DNA from: an uncultured delta proteobacterium
GTDB taxonomy: Bacteria > Desulfobacterota > WTBG01
NCBI GenBank assembly: GCA_963793865.1
Contig: CAWCBP010000004.1
Span: 160,001-224,000, forward strand
Direction of reading: 5' to 3'
DNA length: 64,000 nucleotides
How positions within the stretch are numbered: the stretch's first letter is position 1; each line of letters begins with the position of its first letter. Shown here one piece after another: positions 21,330 to 31,655 of this stretch. The notes under the pieces were generated by a model that saw nothing but the letters and a program-made list of their open reading frames with translations, was not told the origin of the DNA and made no database searches. The translations under genes were made by a program, and so were the position numbers.

Positions 21330-23204
21330 CTAAAAGCAGCCCGCAACCTCCATTTCTCTTCCCTCCCTCACCGCGGTGTACTTCCGCCAGAGGGCGGCAT
21401 CAATCTTTTTCAAGCTTGCACCGGTGGTGGAAGTGCGGTAGCGTGACCGGTGTCCGGGCCCGCCATTATAGATGGCATAGGTGGCCCGGGGCAGATTGTC
21501 AATGCCGCCGGCAAGCTTGTCTTCGCCTTTTGCGATTGCGTAGTCACGCAAATAGTGGAGCAGAATTTCGCACCCGGCGCGGCCGTTGTAGCGGATATCG
21601 CCGTACAGCCCCTCCACATCATACACCCCGCGCCAGACCCGGGGATTAACCTGCATCAACCCCACCGAACTGGCTGAGGATACCAGGGGGGTAATGGAAT
21701 CTCCCTTTCGGATGAACTGCCGCCAGCAGCTCTCCTGCCATGCGGTGGCCAGCACCAGGTCCCGGTACACCTTCCCGTATGGTTCGTCAAGCGGGCGCCG
21801 GGCAAGCGTCTCCTCTCTGAGCCCGATAAGCAGGGTCCGCACCATCTCCAGGTATGCGGTCAGCTCACCTTTCAGGGGCACCCAGGAATTGAGCTTTCCA
21901 AAAGGGTCGGCTTCCTCCGCCGCGCAGGCTGATGCAAGGAACCAGCTTTCCGGCTCCGGCATGAAGTCCGAAAAGCGGAGACGGTTCCGATTCTCCGGAA
22001 GCCCCCGGGTTATGGCCACGGCAGGCGAAATGACCGGTTGCGGAAGGGGATCGCCGAACCCGAACAGCCTGCGCAGCTCAGGGTCCACCTCAGTGCTGTA
22101 GGCAAGAGGATCTTCGGCGGATTCCGGGTCCGCAATCCGCGCAACCGCGCGCATGCCTTCATCGGATACCTGATAGTTGAGCGCCTTCTCCCGGGCGCTC
22201 AGTGCGGCAAGCACGCTGCCCGCGGTAATAAAGTTTTCAAGATCGGGGCCCGGCCCGGAGGTTGACTCACGGTACAGCCCCAGCGCCACCGGTCTCATGC
22301 GTTTCCAGGTTCGCACAAACAATCCCGGCACCGGATCGGAAGGTGAGCGTTCAGGGCCTTCATGTGCCGCTGCCAGATCATAGCGGGCATCCAGCAGAAC
22401 CCCGGCAAGGTTGCGCTGCTGTTCCTGCTGACGGTTGCGCCCTAACCGCTTGCTGACGAAGGTGACAAAGGCATCCCAGCGCTTCAGCCGCTCTTCCCGC
22501 CTCTCATGGACCATGGCTGCGAACGGTTTTTGATCTGACGGCAGGGGCTCGATGGTAAAAGAGAGCTGCATGGCCAGGCTGAATGTATAAACCTGCGGCT
22601 GGCTGATGCTGAGCGAACCGAGCGCCTGATCAGCCCGCTCGCGTCCTCCCGGCAGCAGCGCCGCGAGCAGACCCGCAAAACGGTCAAGGGCGGGCTTGCA
22701 ATCAAGTGCCGCCCGCTCAAAGCGCTCACCGATGAGCTTCTTCAAACTATCGCCCGGCACCCCCGGCGCCGATGCCGCCCGGCGGTTCTTCTCATAGAAG
22801 GCTGTTTCCACCACCTGAAAGGTAAGGACGCGGCCGGCGGTTTCAAACCGGGGCTTAACGGAAAGTTCAAGCTTTCCCTGCCACTGCTGAGGACGGTCGC
22901 AATCACGCCCGCCGTCACCCCCGTATTGCGCCGCGGCGTCGCATGTGATGCGGAGCAGCTTTTTCACCGGGGTGACCTGCGGCGCGCTCAGGGACAGGCG
23001 GCGACAGCCCGGCTTATCCTCAGCGATGGTACAGGTGCCCTCCGGGCCGGTAAACAGCTGCTCTGTGATGCCCCGCTCAACCTTCTGCAGCGACAGGCGA
23101 AAGGGAACGGTTATGTTGACCGGCCTGGGGGCGGCATTGGCGTCCGGTCCCGCAACCGCATGCTGTCCGGCCACCAGGAGAAGGGCAACCGCCGCCCGCG
23201 CCAT
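21330..23204 (-). CDS. Large exported protein with C-terminal lytic transglycosylase (SLT) domain
   Basis: Signal-like MARAAVALLLVAG; AWQESCW, GLMQVN and YNGG SLT motifs; start uncertain (ORF extends to 23312). Confidence 0.75.
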   Translation of the reverse strand: MARAAVALLLVAGQHAVAGPDANAAPRPVNITVPFRLSLQKVERGITEQLFTGPEGTCTIAEDKPGCRRLSLSAPQVTPVKKLLRITCDAAAQYGGDGGRDCDRPQQWQGKLELSVKPRFETAGRVLTFQVVETAFYEKNRRAASAPGVPGDSLKKLIGERFERAALDCKPALDRFAGLLAALLPGGRERADQALGSLSISQPQVYTFSLAMQLSFTIEPLPSDQKPFAAMVHERREERLKRWDAFVTFVSKRLGRNRQQEQQRNLAGVLLDARYDLAAAHEGPERSPSDPVPGLFVRTWKRMRPVALGLYRESTSGPGPDLENFITAGSVLAALSAREKALNYQVSDEGMRAVARIADPESAEDPLAYSTEVDPELRRLFGFGDPLPQPVISPAVAITRGLPENRNRLRFSDFMPEPESWFLASACAAEEADPFGKLNSWVPLKGELTAYLEMVRTLLIGLREETLARRPLDEPYGKVYRDLVLATAWQESCWRQFIRKGDSITPLVSSASSVGLMQVNPRVWRGVYDVEGLYGDIRYNGRAGCEILLHYLRDYAIAKGEDKLAGGIDNLPRATYAIYNGGPGHRSRYRTSTTGASLKKIDAALWRKYTAVREGREMEVAGCF

Positions 23205-23352
23205 CCGGCTGCGCAGGTTACGCTCGGGCCCGGTTGACACACGTGGGCCCCTCCCCGCTGCACCACAGCCTGAAATGTCAGAAAATACCTGTTTATGATG
23301 ATGGAGTATCACCGCTCTGTCATACCCGGGGATGAGCGCGTATCGTATTCGC

Positions 23353-24093
23353 CTACCTGCGGGCAGGTTCCATTTTAAATACAGGAACGGGCATCCGCTT
23401 GTGCTCGGAAATCTTCATAAGCTGCTCCACCCGCTGGCGGAGGCCGGGGGTTATTGTCTCATGACGCCTGTCTGCGATGGCTTTGAGTGCCTGATCGAGC
23501 TCGGCATAGGAAATGTTCAGCTCGCCTTCATCAGTCTGGCCGGGCAGCAGCCCCGCTGAAGGTGGTTTGTTGATAACGGCCTCCGGCAGTCCAAGCTGCG
23601 CGGCCATGGCCCACACTTCAGATTTGAGCATGTCTCCCAGCGGAAGGAGATCGGCCCCTCCATCGCCGTGCTTGGTAAAGTATCCCACCGAAAGCTCGCT
23701 TTTGTTGCCTGTGCCCGCCACCAGGTATTTCTTCAGGCCCGCGAAGTGGTAAAGGGTCATCATGCGCAAGCGCGGCTTGAGGTTGGCGGTTACCATGGCA
23801 CCGGCGGAGGGAAGCAGCGTGAGCAGCAGATCAAAGGCAGGGGTCAGGTCGACGGTTACCGTCTCCAGTCCCAGATGGCCGGCAACAGTGAGGGCGTCCT
23901 CGGTGTCCTGCCGGTGACTGTGGCAGGGAAGCAGCAGCCCCAGCACATCAGGGCCCAGAGCCCGCCGTGCAAGGGCTGCCACCACGGCGGAATCAATCCC
24001 GCCGCTTAAGCCCAGCACGATCCCTTTGGCCCCGGCCTTTACCACCTGCTCCCTGATCCAGGAGCATACTGCGTTGATCGTATCCATGGCCAT
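23353..24093 (-). CDS. nadE: NH3-dependent NAD+ synthetase
   Basis: LGLSGGIDS, NLKPRLRM, GYFTKHGDG, KPPSAGL; no glutaminase domain. Confidence 0.95.
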   Translation of the reverse strand: MAMDTINAVCSWIREQVVKAGAKGIVLGLSGGIDSAVVAALARRALGPDVLGLLLPCHSHRQDTEDALTVAGHLGLETVTVDLTPAFDLLLTLLPSAGAMVTANLKPRLRMMTLYHFAGLKKYLVAGTGNKSELSVGYFTKHGDGGADLLPLGDMLKSEVWAMAAQLGLPEAVINKPPSAGLLPGQTDEGELNISYAELDQALKAIADRRHETITPGLRQRVEQLMKISEHKRMPVPVFKMEPARR

Positions 24094-24111
24094 TGCACCC
24101 GCGCGAGCCGG

Positions 24112-26733
24112 TTAGTCGTCCTCCACCTCGGTCAGTGCCTCAACCGGAACCGGCATTACCTTGCGGTACACCTCCTGGGGCTTTTTCAGCGTTCTCCCCA
24201 CGGTAAGCAGATCAGCCGTCACCGAAATCCCGAACAGCCGCTCGTTTTCTTCCAGATAGGGACGGATCAGCCTCCAGTCGGCGGTGGAGATGTCCGTAAT
24301 TCTACCACCATTGAGCTGTTCTTCAACAACTTTTCGCTGGGGGTCCCTCACATAGATGGCACCGCCTGATGCAAGGGAAAAAAGATTCGAACCCGGATAG
24401 GGATTTTTAAGCCCCACCACCTTGCCGGTGTTATCAAAATGCACGCCGTTTAAGATCACAAATCCGCCGCCGTTTAACGGGTCCCCCGCCATGAAAGACT
24501 CCGCCAGATAGTCCAGACAGGTTCCGTTAATCACCACCCGGGGATAGCCCACGGCGTTGATCAGCGGGCGGCCCGCCGCATTGCCCATCACATACACCTC
24601 ACCGCCCTTTGCGCCGTACATGAATGTCTGCCCCACATCGCCATATACCACCAGCTTGCCCCGTTTCATGATCTGGCCCAGCTGGTCCTGCGCATTGCCG
24701 TGAACGTGCAGCTCCATTCCGTCTATGCCCGACGCCAGGTAGTCTCCCGAGCTGTCATAGACATCCATCCTCACCCCGTCCGAGGCCTTGCCCAGGCCGC
24801 AGCCCAGGAAGCGCTGACCGCGGTAGCCGTAGCAGATAAATTGTTTCCAGCCCAGCTCAAAGGCGTCGCAGATAAGCCGCGCGTCACAGTCATCCCCCTC
24901 GGGAGGAAAGTCCCGGGCATTGAGCACCAGAATGCCCTCCCCCGGCCGCGGTGGGCGCAGGCTTGCCCGGGTGGTCCGGTCAATCAGCCGGTACCGGCTC
25001 GTGGAATGGTGATCAAGCCTGGGCGTTGCGGCGAAGATTCCGGTCAGCGCCTGCCTCACCAGGGCTAATACCGAGCTGCGCTTCTTGATCCCGGTGTCAA
25101 AATAGCGGTCGTTGAGGTGGGTCAGCACTTCTATGGAACGCGCCTTATCCCCGTCATCCTGCCGGGCGTGGGCGCAGAGAAACTCAATCATCCGCTCAAG
25201 ATCGACATAATCCCAGATGGGCATGTTCTTGACGCAGTAGTCCTTTAAATCCAGTGTGTTCATCGAGCCTGCATCGCGCAGCAAGCCCTGGGAGACCTTG
25301 TACTGGTCCGCGGAAACCGTGGTCACCGATGAAGGCCGGTAATGCTTCTGATCTGAGGAGGTCTTGACTGCTTCACCAAACTTATTGGTGCATACCAGCA
25401 TCTTGCTGCCATCACCCTTGCCCGCATCCTTCACCGTGAAAAGAAAGGCCCCGCCGTCGCTGGCGCTGCCTCCCCGGGCGTTCCAGTAGCGGTCAGCGAC
25501 GGGACAGAAGCGGCTGTCTTCCGCTGCCAGGTTCTGGAGCGTTGCATCAATGGCCTGCTTCTCGGAACAGATCAGGCCTATCTGCACCTCCCCCTCCTGG
25601 AGGGCAAAAACCTGGGGGCGCAGCATGGCCGTGTCGGTAATGCCCATGAGCTGAAAAAAGTTTTCATACGGGTTGTTGCGCGCGATAATGAAAAACCAGG
25701 GCCCGTCGGGCGCACACTGGGTGTGCCCTGCCTGGATATAGCGGTACACATGCTGCTTTTCCGGGGGAAGCTGGTCGAAATCGTGCTCGGAGGTCGGGGC
25801 TATGGCCTCTATTATATATTCCATGGGATAACCGAAGGTGCGGTTCCATAAATCAAACAGGAGCACCGAGACCTCGGTATCGGTGAGAAACTGGGGAAAG
25901 ATGTTATGCTGCCGCAGATACTCGCTCACTGCGTGATAGTTGGCAAAGTCACCGTTGTGCACCAGGGCCTCATCCATCCCGATAAAGGGGTGGGCGCCGC
26001 CGGGATGCCAGACCTTTCCCTTGGTGGGATAGCGCTGATGCGCAATCCAGCCGTGGGCCCGGAAGTCATCCAGCAGGTAGTACCGGGCCACCTGCTCGGC
26101 ATAGCCGACGATTTTGAGGATCATGATATTGCGGCCATGCGAAAGGACAAACGCCTTTTTTTCACCCAGCGATGCATAAAACGCCCGGTTAATGAGGAAG
26201 GAATTCTGGTAGATATATTCATCTTCCGCCCTTAAGGGATCCATGTCGTGAAGGCGGTGCTCCTCGATAAATCTTTGGAGCACCTTCTTTTTCACCCGCA
26301 CAAAGTAGCGCCACACATCAGGAGGCCGGACCTCCAGCCCCGCGATATCCCGGTAATCGTCGACGGTGGGAATGCGCTCCGCCTTGTGCACTTCCATAAA
26401 CGGCGCAATATAACCGGCTTCCACGTCCGGGCGCGCCCCGGGCTCAAGCAGGGCAATCTGCAGCAGGTAGTGGCTGTCGAGCACCTCCTGCGTCACCCCC
26501 AGATCCCGGGCGGACAAGCCCACCGCGGCAATCCCCCCGCCCTTGCCGTTTCCCCGGTTGTGCATCTGAACCGACGGCTCGAAAATGTGGCGTCCCCTCA
26601 CGGGAATGGAGGCGATAAAGCCGGTTACGCCGCACCCTCCCTCCTCCGCGGCTTTCCTGACCGTCACGTCCGGTCTGGGCAGCCGTCCCCGCGATGCGAT
26701 AATCTTATCAATGGACCGGTAATCCTGATTCAT
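24112..26733 (-). CDS. Glutamate synthase subunit: class II amidotransferase fused to GXGXG domain (GltB1+GltB3-like)
   Basis: EEGG/CGV Ntn nucleophile site, HQRYPT, HPF, VHNGDFAN, TDTEV; C-terminal GXGXG repeats (GQRFLGCG, GNAQD, GDVGQTFMYGAKGG). Confidence 0.85.
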   Translation of the reverse strand: MNQDYRSIDKIIASRGRLPRPDVTVRKAAEEGGCGVTGFIASIPVRGRHIFEPSVQMHNRGNGKGGGIAAVGLSARDLGVTQEVLDSHYLLQIALLEPGARPDVEAGYIAPFMEVHKAERIPTVDDYRDIAGLEVRPPDVWRYFVRVKKKVLQRFIEEHRLHDMDPLRAEDEYIYQNSFLINRAFYASLGEKKAFVLSHGRNIMILKIVGYAEQVARYYLLDDFRAHGWIAHQRYPTKGKVWHPGGAHPFIGMDEALVHNGDFANYHAVSEYLRQHNIFPQFLTDTEVSVLLFDLWNRTFGYPMEYIIEAIAPTSEHDFDQLPPEKQHVYRYIQAGHTQCAPDGPWFFIIARNNPYENFFQLMGITDTAMLRPQVFALQEGEVQIGLICSEKQAIDATLQNLAAEDSRFCPVADRYWNARGGSASDGGAFLFTVKDAGKGDGSKMLVCTNKFGEAVKTSSDQKHYRPSSVTTVSADQYKVSQGLLRDAGSMNTLDLKDYCVKNMPIWDYVDLERMIEFLCAHARQDDGDKARSIEVLTHLNDRYFDTGIKKRSSVLALVRQALTGIFAATPRLDHHSTSRYRLIDRTTRASLRPPRPGEGILVLNARDFPPEGDDCDARLICDAFELGWKQFICYGYRGQRFLGCGLGKASDGVRMDVYDSSGDYLASGIDGMELHVHGNAQDQLGQIMKRGKLVVYGDVGQTFMYGAKGGEVYVMGNAAGRPLINAVGYPRVVINGTCLDYLAESFMAGDPLNGGGFVILNGVHFDNTGKVVGLKNPYPGSNLFSLASGGAIYVRDPQRKVVEEQLNGGRITDISTADWRLIRPYLEENERLFGISVTADLLTVGRTLKKPQEVYRKVMPVPVEALTEVEDD

Positions 26734-26799
26734 GCTCTCATCAATCCTTTGCGACGGTTGCCTGTGACTATAGATACGTGGCCCGTGGGGCGGGGGTAG

Positions 26800-28350
26800 C
26801 TAAATAATTATTTTATAGCTGGGGGCCGGCTGATACTGAGCCCGCTCCTCTTCATCAAGGTAATCAAGGTGCACCAGCAGGTCGCTGCGGCCCGTCAGCT
26901 CGCGTATGCTCCGCATGCCGAATCCCCGGAGCAGCTCGCACCACTGCCTGCGCCAGGCCATGTACATGTTGACGATGCGCTGTTCCGCCCAGGCTGCGGT
27001 TATCATGTTGCTCAGCTCGGGATCGGTTGAGGCAATGCCCCGCGCGCAGCCCCGGCCGCTTTCGCACTTCCCGCAGCGCACGCATTCCAGGGCCACCATT
27101 TCCGCCGTGCCGATGACCACCCCGTCGGCACCGAGGGCAATGGCCTTGGCCACGTCCATGGCATTGCGAATACCCCCGCTGGCAATCAGGCAGACGCTGT
27201 CGCGCACCCCTTCGTCACGGAGAAACTTGTGCACCCTGGGGATGGCATACTCAATGGGCATGGCGATATTCTTCTTGGCAATGTCCGGGGCCGCCCCGGT
27301 TCCGCCATAGCTTCCGTCTATGTGGATGATGTGCGCCCCGGCATAATAGCTCCCCACCGCCACCATATCCACATCGGTCGGGGTGGATACCTTCACCGAA
27401 ACCAGCGCCCGGGGATTGATCTCCTTCATCCAGTCCACATGCTTCTTGTGGTCTTCAACCGAGTAGACGCTGTGAAAGGGGAAGGGTGAAAAAAGGGCGC
27501 TGCCCACCACCGTCTCCCTGATGGCGGCAACTTCCGGGGTAACCTTGTCACCGAGCAGGTGCCCGCCCAGGCCCGGCTTTGCGCCCTGGGCATACTTGAA
27601 TTCAATCACCGGTGCCAGGAGAATGGTCTCCTCGCGGACACCGAAGAGGCCGGTTGCCACCTGGGTGATAACATGATCGGCATAGGGAGAAAGCTCCTGG
27701 GGATAGCCGCCTTCACCGGTACAGGTCAGGGTATTGAGCCTTTTTGCCGCCCGCGCCCTTCCCACCATGGCCGAGAGGGCGGTGGAACCAAAGGACATGC
27801 CGCCGCCATAGCAGGGCAGCGAGAGGACTTTTTCGATTCTGCCGTCACGGCGCCGGTTGAGGGCAAGGCTGGTATCAATCTCTTCATCGCCGCAGCTGAG
27901 CCGCGCAGCCGGATCGGGACGCTTGAAGCGCATCTTGTCAAAGCCGCCCCCCGAGCACCCCAGGCTGTACTCCAGATCAACCAGGGGAAGTTCGCCCGTC
28001 TCCGCCATTTCCCAGTGGCCCAGGATCATCTCCGAGGTCCAGCGATAATCACCCAGCGTTTCCAGTATGGGGTTCAGGCGCAGGGTCAGGGCCTGTTCGG
28101 GACACCGGCTGACACAGAAGAAATCATTTTTTTCACAGGAAAAACCGATGCACTTGTGCTCCCGGGGTCGCATCGGCTGGGAGAAGTTGTCGTAGCGTGG
28201 GTGCACCCCGTACGGACAGAGCTTGGCGCACAGGCCGCAGGAGATACAGCGGCTGTTTCGCCTGATGGTGTACTTGCCGATGCTGTTGCGGAACCGCGAT
28301 GGGGTTATGGCAACATCCGGCAGGGTGATCATTTTTTCAGCAGTGTTCAT
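26800..28350 (-). CDS. Glutamate synthase FMN-binding subunit (GltB2-like) with N-terminal ferredoxin
   Basis: CISCGLCAKLCP; MSFGS, GEGG, KYAQGAKPGLGGHL, SPFPFH, SGGIR; CVRCGKCESGRGC cluster motif. Confidence 0.9.
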   Translation of the reverse strand: MNTAEKMITLPDVAITPSRFRNSIGKYTIRRNSRCISCGLCAKLCPYGVHPRYDNFSQPMRPREHKCIGFSCEKNDFFCVSRCPEQALTLRLNPILETLGDYRWTSEMILGHWEMAETGELPLVDLEYSLGCSGGGFDKMRFKRPDPAARLSCGDEEIDTSLALNRRRDGRIEKVLSLPCYGGGMSFGSTALSAMVGRARAAKRLNTLTCTGEGGYPQELSPYADHVITQVATGLFGVREETILLAPVIEFKYAQGAKPGLGGHLLGDKVTPEVAAIRETVVGSALFSPFPFHSVYSVEDHKKHVDWMKEINPRALVSVKVSTPTDVDMVAVGSYYAGAHIIHIDGSYGGTGAAPDIAKKNIAMPIEYAIPRVHKFLRDEGVRDSVCLIASGGIRNAMDVAKAIALGADGVVIGTAEMVALECVRCGKCESGRGCARGIASTDPELSNMITAAWAEQRIVNMYMAWRRQWCELLRGFGMRSIRELTGRSDLLVHLDYLDEEERAQYQPAPSYKIII

Positions 28351-28357
28351 CGGTCAG

Positions 28358-29764
28358 CTAAAGCCCCTTTATTTTTCTTTCGCCAAAAAGCGGTCCGAAG
28401 CTTTCCCGCTCCAGATCCTCAAACCACATGGAACGGCCGACTTCACCCCGAAGCCGCCGCATCTCACGTATGCCCATGGCGCCCATCACCTCGATGAGCT
28501 GGTTGCGCCAGGCCGCTATGAGGTTGGTGATGCGCCGGCGGCCCCAGAAGGGATCAAAGTCGTCGAGCCGGACCGGGCAGGGTTCGCCCTTCTGGCACCG
28601 GTAGCACACCCGGCACTCCAGAGCGATGAGCAGCGCGGTATCAGCAGTAACGCCGTCGGCACCGCAGATTATTGACTTGGCAACGTGTTCAGCCATGGCA
28701 ATGCCCCCGGTAAAGATCAGCTTCACCTTTTGCCGGATGGACTTCTCAACCAGGCTGAGATGGATCTCCCTGATCATCTCCTTTAAAAAGCGAGGATTGT
28801 GAGATGACTGCTCATTGCCGTGGTTGTCGGCATAGAAGTGGATGGTGTCCACCTCGGCCAGGGCGAGGTCAACCGCCCGGCCCGCCGCTTTTTCATCCAG
28901 CGGTATGCCCACGGAGATGATCACATCCGGCTTCATGGCGCGCACGGCGGCCATCGCCTCCTCAACTCCTTCTTCATAGGCCAGCTCAACCATCCGGCTT
29001 TTCCCGATCAGCCCGGCGTGCCTGCCGTACGTGGCCTTGCTCATGCAGGGGATGAGGTTGGCGGCGTAGGATGAGAGCACCCCGGTGCAGTCTTCAGGCC
29101 TGACAAACATCATGGTACCCAGGACGTTTGCCGCCAGGGCCATGGCTATCAGCACCTTCTCATTGAAAACCCCGAAGTCCGGCCTCTGGAACAGGATGGG
29201 AATGGGAACCTCCAGGATGGGAGGCAGGTCCATGTCAATGGTCATATCATCCTTGAACCTGAGCCGGGTCACCCTCCGGGAAAGCTCAATGCAGGTATTG
29301 ATATATTCGCGCCCGTGAATTCCGTCGCGGGTGGGACGGACAATCTCGGACATGTCCGTCCACATGGAGTCGAACCCCGGACCCACAAAGGGGCCGCGGT
29401 AACCGGCCCCGGAAACGGGGATCTTGCCGGTGTGCGCCTGGTACCAGATGTAATGCACAATATCCGGAGTAAAGTAGCGGTCGCCCAGCGTCCGGTACTC
29501 GGGGTTGATCACCCGGGAGAAAATCCCCTTGGTGCACTCCTGCACGCAGCGGAAGCAGCTTTCGCAGGTATAGCGGTATTCCGGCTCCTTCATGCTGCTG
29601 ATGTAGCTGTGGTTGTTTTTAAAAATGTCATAGACACACTTTTTCTTGACGCACTCCCGGCAGCTTCCCGCGCAGTTTTCGCGGAACTCAACCGTCGCGT
29701 ATTTGCCCACAGGATTGAACCGGGGCGGCGTTGTCTTTATGGCAATGTGGTACTTTTTGGGCAT
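28358..29764 (-). CDS. Divergent GltB2 paralogue with ferredoxin-like N-terminus
   Basis: CxxxCxxCxxxxC and CESCFRCVQEC; YRGPF..GFDSM; TGGI..AKSIICGADGV; CRVCYRC..CP; lacks GEGG and QGAKPG. Confidence 0.8.
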   Translation of the reverse strand: MPKKYHIAIKTTPPRFNPVGKYATVEFRENCAGSCRECVKKKCVYDIFKNNHSYISSMKEPEYRYTCESCFRCVQECTKGIFSRVINPEYRTLGDRYFTPDIVHYIWYQAHTGKIPVSGAGYRGPFVGPGFDSMWTDMSEIVRPTRDGIHGREYINTCIELSRRVTRLRFKDDMTIDMDLPPILEVPIPILFQRPDFGVFNEKVLIAMALAANVLGTMMFVRPEDCTGVLSSYAANLIPCMSKATYGRHAGLIGKSRMVELAYEEGVEEAMAAVRAMKPDVIISVGIPLDEKAAGRAVDLALAEVDTIHFYADNHGNEQSSHNPRFLKEMIREIHLSLVEKSIRQKVKLIFTGGIAMAEHVAKSIICGADGVTADTALLIALECRVCYRCQKGEPCPVRLDDFDPFWGRRRITNLIAAWRNQLIEVMGAMGIREMRRLRGEVGRSMWFEDLERESFGPLFGERKIKGL

Positions 29765-29778
29765 CGAAAACTCCCTGG

Positions 29779-29850
29779 CAGGCTGTTGAAAAACACCCAT
29801 CTGATTTGTGGCTCAAAGGGGGAGGGGCTTTTGACGCCACAACAATGTAT
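29779..29850 (+). mobile_element. MITE-like element, copy B
   Basis: Near-identical to the reverse complement of 519-588; shares the CAGGCTGTTGAAAAACACCCATCTG end with 19481-19605. Confidence 0.7.
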
Positions 29851-29863
29851 CAAGACACACATC

Positions 29864-29963
29864 GTCATTGCGAGCTGCAGCGAAGCAATCTCATGCTGCG
29901 TAACATGCTGCTTTCTTGAAAGGGATTGCTTCGTCGTCCGCCCTGCGGACTCCTCGCAACGAC
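29864..29963. repeat. Palindromic element GTCATTGCGAG..GAAGCAATC..GATTGCTTC..CTCGCAACGAC
   Basis: Nested inverted repeats seen directly; core also at 32128-32172. Confidence 0.75.
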
Positions 29964-29976
29964 TCTTTAGTATAAG

Positions 29977-30931
29977 TTATTTATAAGACACGAGTGCCTG
30001 TGCCGGACGGGGCAGCAGTCCCGCGGCCCTGACGATCTCTTCCACTTTTTGCTCCCACTCGATGGCCATGATATGGATGCCGCGCACGCCCGGGTATGGT
30101 TTTGAGCTCCTCGATGGTCTCCAGGCATATGGCAATCCCTTCCCGGGAGGCCTTTTCCTTGGGCACGTCGGCGATCCGTTTGAGCAGGCTCTCGGGAATG
30201 TCCATCCCCGCTACCTTGTGCGCCATGTAACTCGCCATCCCCGCCGATTTCAGGGGGGTCACGCCGGCCAGGATGTGCACCTTTTCGGTCAGTCCCTCTT
30301 CTCTGGCCATTTTCATCCAAGCCTTGAAGCGCTCCATGTTATAGATGCACTGCGTCTGTATGAAGTCAACGCCGGCATCAATCTTTTTTGCCAGCCGGAT
30401 AACCCGGTATTCAAAGGGATCGGCGAAGGGATTTTCGGCGGCCCCGATGAACATGCGCGGGGCGCCTTTCAGTTCGAAGCCGCTCATGTCCTTTCCCTCA
30501 TCGCGCATGGTGCGCACCGCCCGGATCAGATGCAGGGAATCGATATCGAAGACATTCAGGGCATCGGGCTGGCTGCCAAAGCTCTGGTGGTCGCCCGACA
30601 GGCAGAGAATGTTACGTATGCCCAGGGAATAGGCCCCCATGATATCCGATTGCAGGGCGATGCGGTTGCGGTCGCGGGTGACCATCTGCATGACCGGCTC
30701 CACCCCCTGCCGCAGGAGGTGGGTGGATGCGGCGATACTGGACATGCGCACGATCGCGGTTTGATTATCGGTCACGTTTACCGCGTCAACGAAGCCTTTG
30801 AGGTATGCGACCTTTTTGGCAACGGCATCGGCATCGGCCCCCCGGGGGGGACCACATTCAGCGGTGACGACAAATTCTCCCTGTGACAACAGGTTCTGCA
30901 GATTGCTTATGGGTGCTGTTGGCGTGCTCAT
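29977..30931 (-). CDS. metF: Methylenetetrahydrofolate reductase MetF (MetV-associated type; frameshift ~30092)
   Basis: AECGPP, NVTDN, RDRNRIALQSD, LSGD, KKIDAGVDFIQTQ; true C-terminus VRGIHIMAIEWE.. continues in the adjacent frame to the stop at 29977. Confidence 0.9.
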
Positions 30932-31596
30932 ACGATATGATCCTGTCTCACGAGTTTTCGCGGGCCTCCTGCGTTGCTCCGGCGCCAGTCCTTGGGTTCA
31001 ACATAGCTTTTAAGACGGCCAAGCTGCCCCAGCTCTTTCATCCGGTCGATAATCAGCTGCCAGGCACAATCGATGGCGGGGTCCACCTCGCATTTGCCGT
31101 CCTTGGATCCCCCGCAGGGACCGTTTAACAGTTTCTTGGAACAGCGGGCTATGGGACACACGCTGCCAAAGATGGCGAGCTTGCAATCGCCGCACCCCAG
31201 GCACTCCTCGGTGAAAAGCCCGTGTTTTTCAAGAATGCCGATGAAGGTGGTATTGACACCGGGCAGCACCGGCACCTTCGGAAACGTCCGGGCGATGTCC
31301 TGGACGCCGGCGCCGCAGGCAAGAGAGAGCACTGCTTCGTTGCGCGCAATGGCCTCTGCCGCTTCCTGGATAAATTCGTCTTCGCACTGCCGCTCCACGG
31401 TCAGCTCCTCCACGGCAATCTCCTTGCCCTCCATGCTCAGCGCGAGCCGCAGGGCGGAGGAAAGGGTGGCCACCTCGTCTTCGCCGCCGGCAAAACAGGT
31501 CTTGACACAGGTGCCGCACCCCAGGATTAAAATCTTCCGGTACGGCTCAACCAGTTCCTTGATTTCGGCTATTTTTTTCTGCTCACCAACGATCAT
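30928..31596 (-). CDS. metV: MetV (MTHFR small Zn/Fe-S subunit)
   Basis: GCGTCVKTC, RQCE, ACGAGVQ, CLGCGDC, CPIARCSK.LLNGPCGG..CEV..CAW; ATGA overlap with metF. Confidence 0.88.
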   Translation of the reverse strand: MIVGEQKKIAEIKELVEPYRKILILGCGTCVKTCFAGGEDEVATLSSALRLALSMEGKEIAVEELTVERQCEDEFIQEAAEAIARNEAVLSLACGAGVQDIARTFPKVPVLPGVNTTFIGILEKHGLFTEECLGCGDCKLAIFGSVCPIARCSKKLLNGPCGGSKDGKCEVDPAIDCAWQLIIDRMKELGQLGRLKSYVEPKDWRRSNAGGPRKLVRQDHIV

Positions 31597-31655
31597 GATA
31601 GACTCCTCTGTAAATGCAGCCGGGGTCAGGCTGCGGCCGCAGCTTGGCTGCAACC

